Below, piece after piece: positions 46,812 to 56,874 of a stretch of DNA of 64,000 nucleotides; within the stretch, counting starts at the first letter, position 1; each line of letters opens with the position of its first letter. Under the pieces are notes generated by a model, which did no database searches, was not told the DNA's origin, and saw only the letters and a list, made by a program, of their open reading frames with translations. The DNA is from Nitrososphaerota archaeon (GTDB lineage Archaea > Thermoproteota > Nitrososphaeria > PSMU01): NCBI GenBank assembly GCA_040290255.1, contig PSMU01000002.1:1-64000 (forward strand). Direction: 5' to 3'. Position numbers and translations under genes: made by a program.

Positions 46812-47105
46812 TTGGCGCTCGACGCAATCGAGGGCATCATCGTGGCAACGCTGGCGCTCATGCTGCTGCTCTGGGGCCCTGAAAAGGTGGCCGAGCTCGT
46901 GAGGCTCGGGAACAGGCTGAGGAGGGAGGCGCAGAGGGCGGTCAATGAGCTCAGGGCCCTGGCGGAGGATAGCGTGAAACGCGCGGCCTTGGGCGACGAG
47001 GAGCTCATTCGCATGGCCAGAAGCCTGGGCCTACGGACCATGGGGAAGACGCGCGAGGAGATAGAGCAGGAGCTGAGGGCCAGGGCGCAGGCCAAGGCTA
47101 GCTAG
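46812..47105 (+). CDS. TatA/TatB-like paralogue
   Basis: LLWGPEK..EL; shares the ARSLG..T.GKTREEI tail with TatA. Confidence 0.8.
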   Translation: MALDAIEGIIVATLALMLLLWGPEKVAELVRLGNRLRREAQRAVNELRALAEDSVKRAALGDEELIRMARSLGLRTMGKTREEIEQELRARAQAKAS

Positions 47106-49518
47106 GCAGCCCCTCCTCTTCCTGCTCCCCGCCCCTTCTTCTTTTCATGAGCAGCGCGACTATGGCGCCGGCCGCGAGCGCGGGCCAGATGGCGAGATAG
47201 GGGAAGGAGAGGAGGCGCAGGACGAGCGGCTTTGGCGGCGGCGGGGGCAGCTGCAGCACGTAGAGGCTGGAGCTCACCGTTATAGGCCCCAGCGCGGGAT
47301 GGCTCACCGTCGCGTTAACCCTTACGGGGCCGGGCTGGGAGGGGATATATTGCACGGACGCGCCGCCGTCCTCCGCGAGCACCGAGGAGGAGGCGCTCAG
47401 GGAGCCCGAGCTCACGGCCCAGCTCACATTTGCCCCCTGAAGCGGCCAGCCCTGCAGGAGCACGCTCAGCCTTAGGGTCGAGGTGCCGTTGATGTAGAGC
47501 GTAGTGGGAGAGGCGGCGAGGCTCGCCTGAAGCGGCAAGGGCAGCACTATCAGGCTCGTGCTCGAGGAAGCGAGGCCTTGGGCTGAAGCGGTCAGCTCCG
47601 TCTCGCCCCTGCCCAGAGGCCTCAGCGGCACCAGCGCATAGTTTTCGCCCTGCGCTATGGTGATGTTCAACAGCCCGCCCACCAAGCTTGAGTTGGCCGG
47701 GCTGAGAAGAACGGGGATATCCTGCCGGGCCTTGGCGGGGTTGCCCTGATCATCCTGCAGCTGCACGGCCAGCAGCACAAGAGCGCCCTTCGGCACCATC
47801 AGCGCGGGCTGAGGCGCCGCATAGAGCGAAAGCTTTGAGGGCGAGGGGCTGAAGGTGCTCAGGAGCGTCCATGAAACGGCCGTGTGGTTGGCGAAGCTGG
47901 CCACAGCCGTGAAGTTCGCCTGGCCCGCCGTCACGCTTGTCGCCACCTCGACCAGCGCGAAGGACTGGCCCGCGGGGATGAGCACGGTCTGCGCGGCGCT
48001 CGCGACTTCCGCCCTAGAAGAGTAGAGCGAGATGGCCAGGCCCGGGGCCGGCGCCACGGCCGGCAGGCCCGAAGCATCTCGAAGCGCTATCTCCAGCGCC
48101 CTATAGCGCCCGCCGTTCGCGGGCAGGTCCGGGAGCACGGGCCTCAGCGCGATGCTGGAGGCCACGGGCCCAAAGGTGGAGATGGTGAGCTGGTCGGGCA
48201 CGAAGTTCTCAGCCGAGGCGGTGAGCTGCGTCGCGCCGGGCAGGAAGGTGGTGATGAGGTCCACGGGCTGCGATGCGCTGAAGTTCTTGGGTATGATGAC
48301 GCTGGCCCTAAGCGTCAGGATGGAGGCATCGGAGGAGGTCAGGTGGACCTCCACGTCCGTGGTGGCCACCGCAGGCTTGTCCTCCTTATCTAACAGCGCC
48401 ACTACGAGGGCATGGTAGGCCCTGTTGTCGGCCAGCAGGGGGTCGGGCGCCGAATACAGCTTCAGCCTGGTGGGCCTTGCGGAGGGGTTCACGGTTGTAA
48501 TGCTCAGCAGGGCGGACTTAAGGCCCATCGCCGAGGCGGCGATAACTGCGCTGCCGTTAAGCTGGGTCGTCTGGTAGGTAGCCACGGCGTACAGCTCTCC
48601 CCTCGGTATCGTGACGGTAGGCGGCACTCTGACCACGCTCATGTTCGATGAGGTGAGCGTGATGGCGATGTCCTGAGGAGCCCTGACGGGCCTGCCGCCC
48701 AGGTCCGTGAGCGCTATGATCAGCCTACCCGAGCAGGCCTGAGGGGCTAATGGAGGAAGACAGGCGGCCATCGTGGAGGGCTGCGCGCTCATGCTCAGCG
48801 CGTAGGGCGTGGCCCCCCTGACCGTGACCTGCACGGCGTCGGGGGCGAAGCCGGGCGATGTGGCCGTGATGAGCGCCGTGCCGGGCACGTAGCCCGTGGC
48901 ATAGGAGCCCAGCGCCCAGAAGCTGCCCCTCTGCACGGTGAGCTGGGCCTGTGAGAGCTGCACGACGGAGGGGTTGGAGGAGTTTAAGGTCACGGTGATG
49001 GAGGCCACCGCGGGGGCGGGGAGGCCCCTATCATCCAGCACCTCCACCAGCACGAAGCCCTGCATGCCGGGGCCGAGCAGCTCGGGGGATGCGCCGACCC
49101 TTATCTTGGAGGGGTAGCCGCTGGGCCTCGCGGTGGTAATCGATACGGAGCCCGAGGCCAGGCCGGGCGCCGAGGCCGTGACCTGCGTGGAGCCCGGCGT
49201 GGTGCTCGTGGTAAAGTTCACGAGCGTGAAGTAGCTGCCCAGCCTGATCGTGGCCGTGGGCTGAGGGCGCCCCACATACTCGGTGGCCGAGCTCAGGTAT
49301 ACGGTTACATCGCTGAGGGCCACGACGGGGTTGCCCGCCGCGTCGACCAGCTGCACCAGCAGCGCCGGATAGCTTCGGCCATCGGCGGGAAGCGTGGAGG
49401 GGAAGGAGGAGAGCTTGAGGCCCTGCGCGGGCCCCAGGGGCGCCGCCGCCCGGGCGGGCACCATCAGCGCGAGCGAAAGGACCAGGAGGGCCAGCGCTGC
49501 GCGCCGCTTGCTCCTCAC
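47098..49518 (-). CDS. Large Ig-like repeat cell-surface protein with C-terminal TM anchor
   Basis: Repeated L.AD/N...L.V.L.D..G.P...D..V.L.SS...V.IP.G...TA.A.G units; Pro-rich linker, TM, KRRR; start inferred. Confidence 0.8.
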   Translation of the reverse strand: MRSKRRAALALLVLSLALMVPARAAAPLGPAQGLKLSSFPSTLPADGRSYPALLVQLVDAAGNPVVALSDVTVYLSSATEYVGRPQPTATIRLGSYFTLVNFTTSTTPGSTQVTASAPGLASGSVSITTARPSGYPSKIRVGASPELLGPGMQGFVLVEVLDDRGLPAPAVASITVTLNSSNPSVVQLSQAQLTVQRGSFWALGSYATGYVPGTALITATSPGFAPDAVQVTVRGATPYALSMSAQPSTMAACLPPLAPQACSGRLIIALTDLGGRPVRAPQDIAITLTSSNMSVVRVPPTVTIPRGELYAVATYQTTQLNGSAVIAASAMGLKSALLSITTVNPSARPTRLKLYSAPDPLLADNRAYHALVVALLDKEDKPAVATTDVEVHLTSSDASILTLRASVIIPKNFSASQPVDLITTFLPGATQLTASAENFVPDQLTISTFGPVASSIALRPVLPDLPANGGRYRALEIALRDASGLPAVAPAPGLAISLYSSRAEVASAAQTVLIPAGQSFALVEVATSVTAGQANFTAVASFANHTAVSWTLLSTFSPSPSKLSLYAAPQPALMVPKGALVLLAVQLQDDQGNPAKARQDIPVLLSPANSSLVGGLLNITIAQGENYALVPLRPLGRGETELTASAQGLASSSTSLIVLPLPLQASLAASPTTLYINGTSTLRLSVLLQGWPLQGANVSWAVSSGSLSASSSVLAEDGGASVQYIPSQPGPVRVNATVSHPALGPITVSSSLYVLQLPPPPPKPLVLRLLSFPYLAIWPALAAGAIVALLMKRRRGGEQEEEGLPS

Positions 49519-49580
49519 TTCACCGCTGGCCCACACCTCTTCATTTAGCCCTTGTAGAAGCCCGGATACGTATCGGAGCT

Positions 49581-50756
49581 CTAGGTCCTGAGCGTAAGCG
49601 CCATGCCCAGGAACCACAGCAGGGCCGCGAGCAGCAGCGGCCCGCCCAGCCATGATAGCAGGGCCAGGCTATTTACATCATGGGCGAAGTAGCCGGCCAC
49701 TCTCCAGAGGGAGGCGATCGAAAAGAGGTAGACGGGGCCCCTGCTGAGGCCCCTATAGGGCACCCTTGCCGTGAGAAGAGGGGGAAGGAGTATGGGCACG
49801 TAGGCGATGATGGTCGTGCCCATGAACCCCAGGGCGAGTGAGTGTATGAAGGCATCCCTTAGGGCCAGGAGCCCCAGCGTGCCGTAGAGGAACCCCAGCG
49901 CCAGGCCCGCCAGCAGCCATGCGAGGGCCAGCGTAAAGGCGGTGGAGAAGTACTGGTACCTCACCCTATCCCTCTCCGCCATCCTGCCCTGCCTCTCATC
50001 CTTAAGCCTCCTGAAGCCCTGCACGGAATAAACCAGGCCGAGGCCCGAGCCGAGGAAGAGGGGGGAGGCATACCTCAGCGCCCTCGGCTCCAGGAGCGAA
50101 AGAAGCGTCAGGGCCAGGGCCGCGCCGTGAAGGCCAAAGCTCACCGCGGCCGCCCTTTTCCTTAGCACGGCCGCCCTGAACGGATCCCTGAAGTGTATCG
50201 TGCGGATGAAGATACCGTAGATCATGGTGGTGGGGAAGCCCAGGAGGGCCAGATAGAGCAGGCCATCGTTGCTAAAGGGGTCCTGTGAGGAGTAGGGCAG
50301 GAGGAGCAGGGCGGAGATGGGCAGGAGGAGCACGGCCAGGCTGATATAGGGCTCGGAGACGGCCAGCACGCCCGAGGGCTTGCCCAGCAGGGGCAGCAGG
50401 AGAAGGGAGAAGAGCAAGGCGCCCGCCGCAAGAAGCACGCCTCCCGCGGCTTCAGGCCCTGGCTCAAGCAGCCACAGGAGGTTTCCCACGAAGACAAGGC
50501 CCAAAGAGAGATAAGCCAGCTTCCGGCCTGCCAATCTCCTGTTCTTGAATCTCGGGACCAGGTTATAGGCCACGCCCATGATGAAGAGCGGAAGAGATCC
50601 GTAGAGCTGCACCCTTGCGTGCAGCAGCAGGAAGGGCGCGCCCGCGAAAAGGCCCGTGAGGGCGCCCAGCCACAGGATGCCCAGGAGAATTCCTATTAGG
50701 CCCAGGCAGAGCGCCAAGAGAGCGCCCAGCAGCGTCAGCCTGGCCCCCTCGAGCAC
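49581..50756 (-). CDS. NnrS-like polytopic membrane protein
   Basis: About 12 TM; HA..QLYG....FIMG.....VPRF and DAFIH.LALGF motifs. Confidence 0.6.
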   Translation of the reverse strand: MLEGARLTLLGALLALCLGLIGILLGILWLGALTGLFAGAPFLLLHARVQLYGSLPLFIMGVAYNLVPRFKNRRLAGRKLAYLSLGLVFVGNLLWLLEPGPEAAGGVLLAAGALLFSLLLLPLLGKPSGVLAVSEPYISLAVLLLPISALLLLPYSSQDPFSNDGLLYLALLGFPTTMIYGIFIRTIHFRDPFRAAVLRKRAAAVSFGLHGAALALTLLSLLEPRALRYASPLFLGSGLGLVYSVQGFRRLKDERQGRMAERDRVRYQYFSTAFTLALAWLLAGLALGFLYGTLGLLALRDAFIHSLALGFMGTTIIAYVPILLPPLLTARVPYRGLSRGPVYLFSIASLWRVAGYFAHDVNSLALLSWLGGPLLLAALLWFLGMALTLRT

Positions 50757-50918
50757 GGCGCCCGGAGGCTGAGCCGCTATATCAGGTTCACTACAAAGCC
50801 CGAAAGGGCCTAAGGCTCCCCGAGCATCGCCCCGATGGGCCCCGCGCCAGGCCTAACGCTCACCACAAGCCGCGTTTGTGTTACCTTAGGCCGTCAGGAA
50901 AAAAAGCAGAGACTTGCT

Positions 50919-51647
50919 CTAGGCCTTCGCGGCTCCTAGCTTGAGGGGCCCCAGCTGGAAGCGCGGCTGCTGCGCGGCTAGGAAGGTGCTCTCCACGCCT
51001 GTGAGGACGACCATGACCCTGACGTGGCCGTTCATGTTGGGCTCTGCTCTGGCGCCCCAGACGATCCTCACATGGGGCGGGAGCGACTTCATCACGAGCT
51101 CGCCCGCCTTGGTCACCTCCTCCAGCGTCACGTCCTCGCCGCCGGCGACATGCACCAGCACGCCCTTCGACTTCGTCACGTCCCTTATGTCAAGCAGCTG
51201 CCCCTTCAGCGCCGTGCGCACCGCGCTCTCCACCCTGTCCTGTCCATTCGCCCTCCCACGCCTATGGCTACAAGGCCCCTCTCCTGCATGATGGCCCTGA
51301 GGTCCGCGTACTCTATGTTGATGAGGCTGGCCGTGGCGATCGTCTCCGTTATGCCCTTGACGAACTGGCCAACGAGCTCGTTGGCCACGCCCAGGGCCTG
51401 CTGCAGGGGCAGGTCCCCGCCACCTTGGCCAGCTTGGTGTTGTCGATGGCCACCACGATGTCGCAGTAGCTGATGAGCTTCTCGAATCCCTTCTTCGCTA
51501 TGTCATACCTGTAGCGCTCGATGGGGAAGGGCAACGTGACCACGCCGACGGTGAGCGCGCCGGAGTTGTGCAGCTCCTTGGCAAGGACCAGCGAGCCTCC
51601 CCTGTGCCCGTGCCGCCTCCCAGGCCCGCGCAGATGAAGATGAAGTA
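50919..51647 (-). pseudogene. ftsZ: FtsZ homologue, 5'-truncated, with three frameshifts
   Basis: FIFICAGLGGGTGTG, VGVVTLPF..E, IDN.KL, AN, LINIEYADL, GVLVHVAGG.D.TL.E, IVWGAR, VMVVLTG spread over shifting frames. Confidence 0.88.
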
Positions 51648-51679
51648 GGGATTAATGGTTCATGGAGGGTTTCCTGCAG

Positions 51680-53404
51680 CTAGGCAAGGGCGATGCCCAG
51701 GAGCCTGGAGGCGATCAAGATGACCACGAGGCTCAGCGCGCTCAGCGCGAGTCCATGCTTGAAGCCGTCCGCAAGCGTGCCTCCCGACATCTTGCCGGCC
51801 ACGAGCCCCGCGAGCCAGCCGTCAAGGGTGGCCGCCGCCAGGAAGATGTCGACCGTTTGGGGCGAAACCTTGGGCAGCGAAGCGAGGGCGGCGAGCTCTC
51901 CGCTGACCGAATTGGCCAGCATATAGACCATCAGCAGGGCGGTGATGATCGTCATGAGGCCCGCCATGTACATGACGAAGAGGTAAGGCTTTAGCGAGGC
52001 CCTCTTATCCCGCTCCAGGTCGTTCATCTTCCTCGTGAAGTCGGCCATATCAGAAAAGCTCCTCACCGTGCCGCCGCCCACGTCGATCGTCTCCAGGATG
52101 AGCGTGCCCGCCGCCTTGACCATCCAGCTGTGCACGGCCGATACGAAGGTGTTCAGCACCTTGGAGAGCGGCAGCCCCCAGGAGATCTGCGCGCCCATCT
52201 TCTTCACATATTTGCTCAGCGCCCCATAGCCCCTCTTGGAGGCCCGCGCTATGCCCGCTTCGGGGGCGAGCCCCACCCTCCTCGCCTCGGCTAGGTCCTT
52301 TATAAAGTCGGGCAGCGCCTTCTCCATGCTCTCCCTCTCCCTCTCATAGCGCGCCGCGAGCAAGGCTGGGGGGAGCGAGAGCAGGATGAGCGCCAGGGCC
52401 ACCCTCAGGTACATGTACATGGGCATGGGCAGCAGCAGGAGGAGGATGCCAAGGGGCAGCGAGGCGATGAGGCCCCTGTAGGGCCTTGTGTCGACATAAG
52501 GCTGCTTGATATGTATTTGGTCCAGCAGCCAGATGAAGAGGGCCGAGAAGAGCGGTATGATGACGACGGAGAAGAGGAGAAGGCTCGAGATGCCCTGCGC
52601 GCTGTGCGTGAGCACGGCCTGCACCTCGAAGAGCACGAAGAGCGTCATGCCCAGCAGCGAGCTGAGCGATAGATAGGCCTCGGCGAAGATCCCCACGACC
52701 TCCGAGGCCCTCTTCACCTTGGACCCCCGGGCCTCAAAGATCTCCCTCTGCTTGTTCACCAAGTACGTCACATAGTCCCCGCCGGTGCGCAGCACGGTGG
52801 TGTAGCCATAGAGCACCTCCGAGAAGATCCGGCTCGGACTGTACCTCGCGGCCCTCTCCAGCGCGGTAAGCGGGTCGAGGCCCAAAACGTCGGTGTCCAC
52901 GAGGATCCTCTTTGCCTCCTTCGAGGCGGCCGGGAAGACCCTGTCCATCCTCGCTATTCGCCTCAGGGCAGCAATGGGCGAGACACCTCCCCCCGCGAGC
53001 ACCACCAAGAAGCCCATCACGTAGGCCAGCTCGTTCTCTATCGCGTAGGCCCGGGAGGCCTGGCTGAGCTTTGGAGCTAATAGCACCAACATGAAGCTGG
53101 GCGGCACGGCCACCAGCGAGAGCGCCAGCACCGGGAGGCCTAGGATGATGCCCAGCGCGGTCACCGCCGCGGCTATGGCGCCCACGAGAAGCGCTACGAA
53201 GAGCGCCAAGGACAGGAGCCCCTGCGGGGTAATCCTCAGGTTGGACTTCAGGATGTCCTCCTGCAGGTGGGGAAAGCTCCGGCTGAGCCTCAGCGCGGGC
53301 TTGGCTAAGAGCCTGTACGAGAGGGCCGAGAGCCTATCCAGCGCTCCCAGCGCCTGCGCTCCGGATTTTGTTCTCCTCTCCTGCCGCAGCTGCTGCAGGC
53401 TCAA
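51680..53404 (-). CDS. Type IV pilus platform protein (TadC/ArlJ-like, two T2SF domains)
   Basis: IENEL, G.D.LTALE, LPDFIKDLAE..RVG, YG.LS, GG...F. Confidence 0.9.
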   Translation of the reverse strand: MSLQQLRQERRTKSGAQALGALDRLSALSYRLLAKPALRLSRSFPHLQEDILKSNLRITPQGLLSLALFVALLVGAIAAAVTALGIILGLPVLALSLVAVPPSFMLVLLAPKLSQASRAYAIENELAYVMGFLVVLAGGGVSPIAALRRIARMDRVFPAASKEAKRILVDTDVLGLDPLTALERAARYSPSRIFSEVLYGYTTVLRTGGDYVTYLVNKQREIFEARGSKVKRASEVVGIFAEAYLSLSSLLGMTLFVLFEVQAVLTHSAQGISSLLLFSVVIIPLFSALFIWLLDQIHIKQPYVDTRPYRGLIASLPLGILLLLLPMPMYMYLRVALALILLSLPPALLAARYERERESMEKALPDFIKDLAEARRVGLAPEAGIARASKRGYGALSKYVKKMGAQISWGLPLSKVLNTFVSAVHSWMVKAAGTLILETIDVGGGTVRSFSDMADFTRKMNDLERDKRASLKPYLFVMYMAGLMTIITALLMVYMLANSVSGELAALASLPKVSPQTVDIFLAAATLDGWLAGLVAGKMSGGTLADGFKHGLALSALSLVVILIASRLLGIALA

Positions 53405-55086
53405 GCGACGGCCTCAACCCTCTCGAAGCTGCCCAGCATCAGCTCCCTCTGCGCCCTTTGGTAGACCTCCTGGGGCCTATCGATGTACTCGGCCAGCAGC
53501 GAGGAGAGGTCCCTGAAGTTCCTTATGCCCTTGTTCTGGATCCACCTCAGGATGAGCGCCCTCCTCTCTATCTCCTGCACGAGCTCCTCCACCTTAACGC
53601 CCAGCTGCGCGGCCAGCCTCGGCAGCTTCTTGCTCGTGGTGGCCAGGGGCATCTCCTCATACCTATCGCCCACGGGATCCCAGCGGAAGACTTGCGTGTA
53701 GCTGCCCACGCCCAGCACCTCATCCACCGAGAGCACCCTCCTCACCATCCTGAACCCGCCGGCCTGCTGGGGCAGGGAGACCCTGCTCACCGTAACGACC
53801 AGGTCCAAGAAGGGTATGAAGGAGGGGGGCACGTCCATGGGCTTCGAGGTGAGCCTCTGAATGGCCGAGGCAGCATCATCGGCGTGGAGCGAGCAGAGCC
53901 CGCCGTGGCCCGTGCTGATGGCCTGAAAGAGCACATAGGCCTCCTCGCCCCTCACCTCGCCCACCACGATGATATCCGGCCTCATCCTCATCGCGGCCTT
54001 CACGAGGTCGAAGAGCCCTATCTCCTTCGCCCCTTCCTCCATCTTGGCATAGCTCTCCCTGCTCACCAGCGCGGTCCAGTTGGGATGGGCTATGTTGATC
54101 TCCTGCACCTCCTCGATGGTCACTATCTTATTGGTGAGCTTGGTGAGCGTGAGAAGGGCGTTGAGCATCGTCGTCTTGCCCGCGCCCGTGGAGCCCACGA
54201 CGATGGCCGTGGCCCTGTTCTGCATCATCAGCCAGAGGTAGGCGGCGAGCTTGTGGCTTACTACGTTCATGTTGAGCATGTCGATGATCGTTATGGGGTC
54301 CTCCCTGAACTTCCTTATCGTGAACGTCGCGCCATAGGGTGATACCTCCCTCTTGAAGGTGGCTATGAGCCTATGCCTGCCGGGCAGCGTGCCCTGGACC
54401 ACGGGGAAGGCCGTGGAGACGTGCTTGCCGGCCAGGTGGCAGAGCCTCGAGATCATGTCATCCAGCTGCGCCTCGTCGGTGAAGGAGATGTTCGTCTCCA
54501 AGTTCTCGTATCTCCTATGGTAGACGAAGAGCGGCCTGCTCAGCGCGTTGAGCGAAATATCTTCGATGAAGGGGTCGTGCATGATGCCCTCGAGGATGCC
54601 GAAGCCCGCCAGGTCCCTCTTCAGATAATACAGGATCTTCGACCAGGAGATGCTGCTGGCCCTTATGCCGTACTTGTAGGCTATCCTGCGCACCTGCTCG
54701 GCAAGGTATTTGGCCGGCTCGAGGGAATCCTTGGGGACGCTGAGCTCGCTCTCCAGCATGCCCAGCAGCCTGGAGAAGATGGCCGCCTCCTGCTCGCTGA
54801 GCGCGACCTCATCGAGATAATACCTGCGTATGCCCGTGGCGGGATCCTCGACGATGGCCGCATATGCAAAGGGCGGCACGAGCGCATACCTCTCCACCAC
54901 CTTCCAGGAGGGGGGGATTGGCAGGCCGGTGAAGGGGCCCGTGGGCTTCGCCGATGTGCTAATGGCCGCCTTGCCTGCGCCCTTCTTGCCGAAGAGGCCG
55001 CCTAATGCTACCTTAAGCAGCGCCAGCTTTACGCCGTTAAGGCGCCAGGCCCCTGCGGATTCCAGGCCATCTTGCGGGTGCCTCAT
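53401..55086 (-). CDS. Type IV pilus assembly ATPase (TadA/ArlI/VirB11 family)
   Basis: DPFIEDIS, FTIRKF, GSTGAGKTT, TIEE..E, RMRPD..VVGEVRG.EA, TGHG...LHA. Confidence 0.95.
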   Translation of the reverse strand: MRHPQDGLESAGAWRLNGVKLALLKVALGGLFGKKGAGKAAISTSAKPTGPFTGLPIPPSWKVVERYALVPPFAYAAIVEDPATGIRRYYLDEVALSEQEAAIFSRLLGMLESELSVPKDSLEPAKYLAEQVRRIAYKYGIRASSISWSKILYYLKRDLAGFGILEGIMHDPFIEDISLNALSRPLFVYHRRYENLETNISFTDEAQLDDMISRLCHLAGKHVSTAFPVVQGTLPGRHRLIATFKREVSPYGATFTIRKFREDPITIIDMLNMNVVSHKLAAYLWLMMQNRATAIVVGSTGAGKTTMLNALLTLTKLTNKIVTIEEVQEINIAHPNWTALVSRESYAKMEEGAKEIGLFDLVKAAMRMRPDIIVVGEVRGEEAYVLFQAISTGHGGLCSLHADDAASAIQRLTSKPMDVPPSFIPFLDLVVTVSRVSLPQQAGGFRMVRRVLSVDEVLGVGSYTQVFRWDPVGDRYEEMPLATTSKKLPRLAAQLGVKVEELVQEIERRALILRWIQNKGIRNFRDLSSLLAEYIDRPQEVYQRAQRELMLGSFERVEAVA

Positions 55087-56159
55087 GGCCAGTAGAAGAG
55101 CGTTGAGAGGAACGGAATGCTTTGCCCGTAATTGCTCTGCGTGGGCGAGCAGGTGCCCGTGGAGCCCCTACAGCCGTGAGTGACTATAAAGGAGAAGGTT
55201 GTAGTGTTGGCGGTAATGCTGCCTAGAGATGTGGGTTGGGGGCTGGTTGTGCTTTCCCTGGTTGGGCTTTCCCAGACAAAGATGAGCCTCACCGGCTGGC
55301 CATAGTAGAGGGTCTGCGATGTGAAGGGATACAGGCGGCCGTTTGAGTCGTAGCTAGCTATATACCAGTAGGCGGTGGGCTGGTTGCCACAGCCGCTGAT
55401 GCAGGGCACAAATTCAACGAGGTAACTATACTTGTCAAGGGTTATAGGTTCCTGCTGCGGGTTTAAGTTAGTGACGTTAACGCCAAATGCTATAAAGGCC
55501 GGGCTTTTTAGGCTTTGCCAGAAGGTCCTTATCGAGAAGGCCGGTTTTCCCGCGCTCAGGCCTCCGCTGAGTTGCCAGCAGTCGCTGCCGCAGTTCGTCA
55601 CATTATACCATACGAACGAATTGAACTGGAGGTAAAGGTCGCCGAAGGCGCCTGAGGTAAGGGCCTGAAGCGCTAGGCTGGCCGGCGAGCCGGAGTAGGG
55701 ATAAGTGGCCACAAAGGCGGAACCCCTGGAGCTGAGCGCCCTTATTACGTACGTGCCCGAGCCCGGATAGCGCACCTTCGTATCGATCTTAGTGCTGTTA
55801 GCGCCGGCATTCACGAGAATGGGCAGGGGAGGGCTGGTGGCCGTGCCCGTGAGCACGCTAATGGCGCCGTTAGGAGCTATCAGGAAGACGGCCGTGATGT
55901 TGACGGCCACGCTGCCCATGTTAGAGATGACGAAGCTTATGTTGCCGTTGTCAAGGCCCGTGGTGAGCTGGGCCTGCTCCAGCAACCTATTCTGCTGGAA
56001 GTTATAGCGCTCGCTCAGCGCCTTCGTGTAGAGCTGGTTGTTCAGGTTCACGTAGAGGAAGTACGTGGTGCCCACGGTGAAGAGCATGGCGAAGAGGATT
56101 ATCGCGGCCATGATGCCGGCGATCGCCTTCCTGGCATGAGGAGCGATCACTGGCCTCAC
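55083..56159 (-). CDS. Minor pilin/adhesin with class III signal peptide
   Basis: RKA/IAGIMAAIILFAMLF; N.GS..V.I..V pilin motif; Cys pairs in an extended C-terminal domain. Confidence 0.8.
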   Translation of the reverse strand: MRPVIAPHARKAIAGIMAAIILFAMLFTVGTTYFLYVNLNNQLYTKALSERYNFQQNRLLEQAQLTTGLDNGNISFVISNMGSVAVNITAVFLIAPNGAISVLTGTATSPPLPILVNAGANSTKIDTKVRYPGSGTYVIRALSSRGSAFVATYPYSGSPASLALQALTSGAFGDLYLQFNSFVWYNVTNCGSDCWQLSGGLSAGKPAFSIRTFWQSLKSPAFIAFGVNVTNLNPQQEPITLDKYSYLVEFVPCISGCGNQPTAYWYIASYDSNGRLYPFTSQTLYYGQPVRLIFVWESPTRESTTSPQPTSLGSITANTTTFSFIVTHGCRGSTGTCSPTQSNYGQSIPFLSTLFYWP

Positions 56160-56746
56160 CTCGCCTGAGCATACTGCGCGGCATTACCGTACAGGGCCAT
56201 CACGCTAAAGGTGTAGGCCGAGCCGGTAGAGAACTTCAGCTGCGTGGGCGTGGAGCGTATAAGGCATACGGGCAGCGTCAGCGTGAGCTTGGCCAGGCTG
56301 CCCTTGGGAAAGGAGGCCTGTTGGGGGCTGGGGCTCAGCGGGTTGTAAAGCTGGGGCGATTCCAGGAGCGCGGCGCTTGAGTTGGTGCAGCTGGTGCCCC
56401 CGATGCTGATGGAGACGGTGGTAGCGTTGTAGAGCGCGAAGAGCGTTCCGTTGTAGATCTGGACCGATGTGGGCATGAGCGCTATGTTTCCCGTGTTGTA
56501 GAGCCAGAGCGTGACGCTCTTCGAGTCGGAGGAGTAGTTCACATAGGCGATGACGAACCTCTCCGCCAGGTAGTTCACGGTGCTCCCGAAGGCCGTGCCC
56601 AGGAGCTGCTCCGCCACGCCCGATTGGGCATTTACGTAGGAGAAGACGGCAAAGCCCGCGATGAGCGTTATCGATAGGGCGATGAGCGAGGCCATGACTT
56701 CCGAGATCCCGGGCCTATGGTGGGCTCGGTGCCTAGGGCGAGGCAC
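56156..56746 (-). CDS. Archaeal pilin (class III signal peptide)
   Basis: RPG/ISEVMASLIALSITLIAG; ERF.I, YNTG; GTG start about 25 nt below a TATTTAAG box. Confidence 0.85.
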   Translation of the reverse strand: MPRPRHRAHHRPGISEVMASLIALSITLIAGFAVFSYVNAQSGVAEQLLGTAFGSTVNYLAERFVIAYVNYSSDSKSVTLWLYNTGNIALMPTSVQIYNGTLFALYNATTVSISIGGTSCTNSSAALLESPQLYNPLSPSPQQASFPKGSLAKLTLTLPVCLIRSTPTQLKFSTGSAYTFSVMALYGNAAQYAQAR

Positions 56747-56874
56747 GGGCGCGAGGCCCTTTCCGCTTAAATATCGCTTATGAAGCGGGGGTATAGAGCT
56801 GCCGTTCATCTGCGCAGGCTTTTAACCGCGCCTTGGCAGGCCACGCCGTGGGCTCGCCTGGGGGCGAGAGGCAG

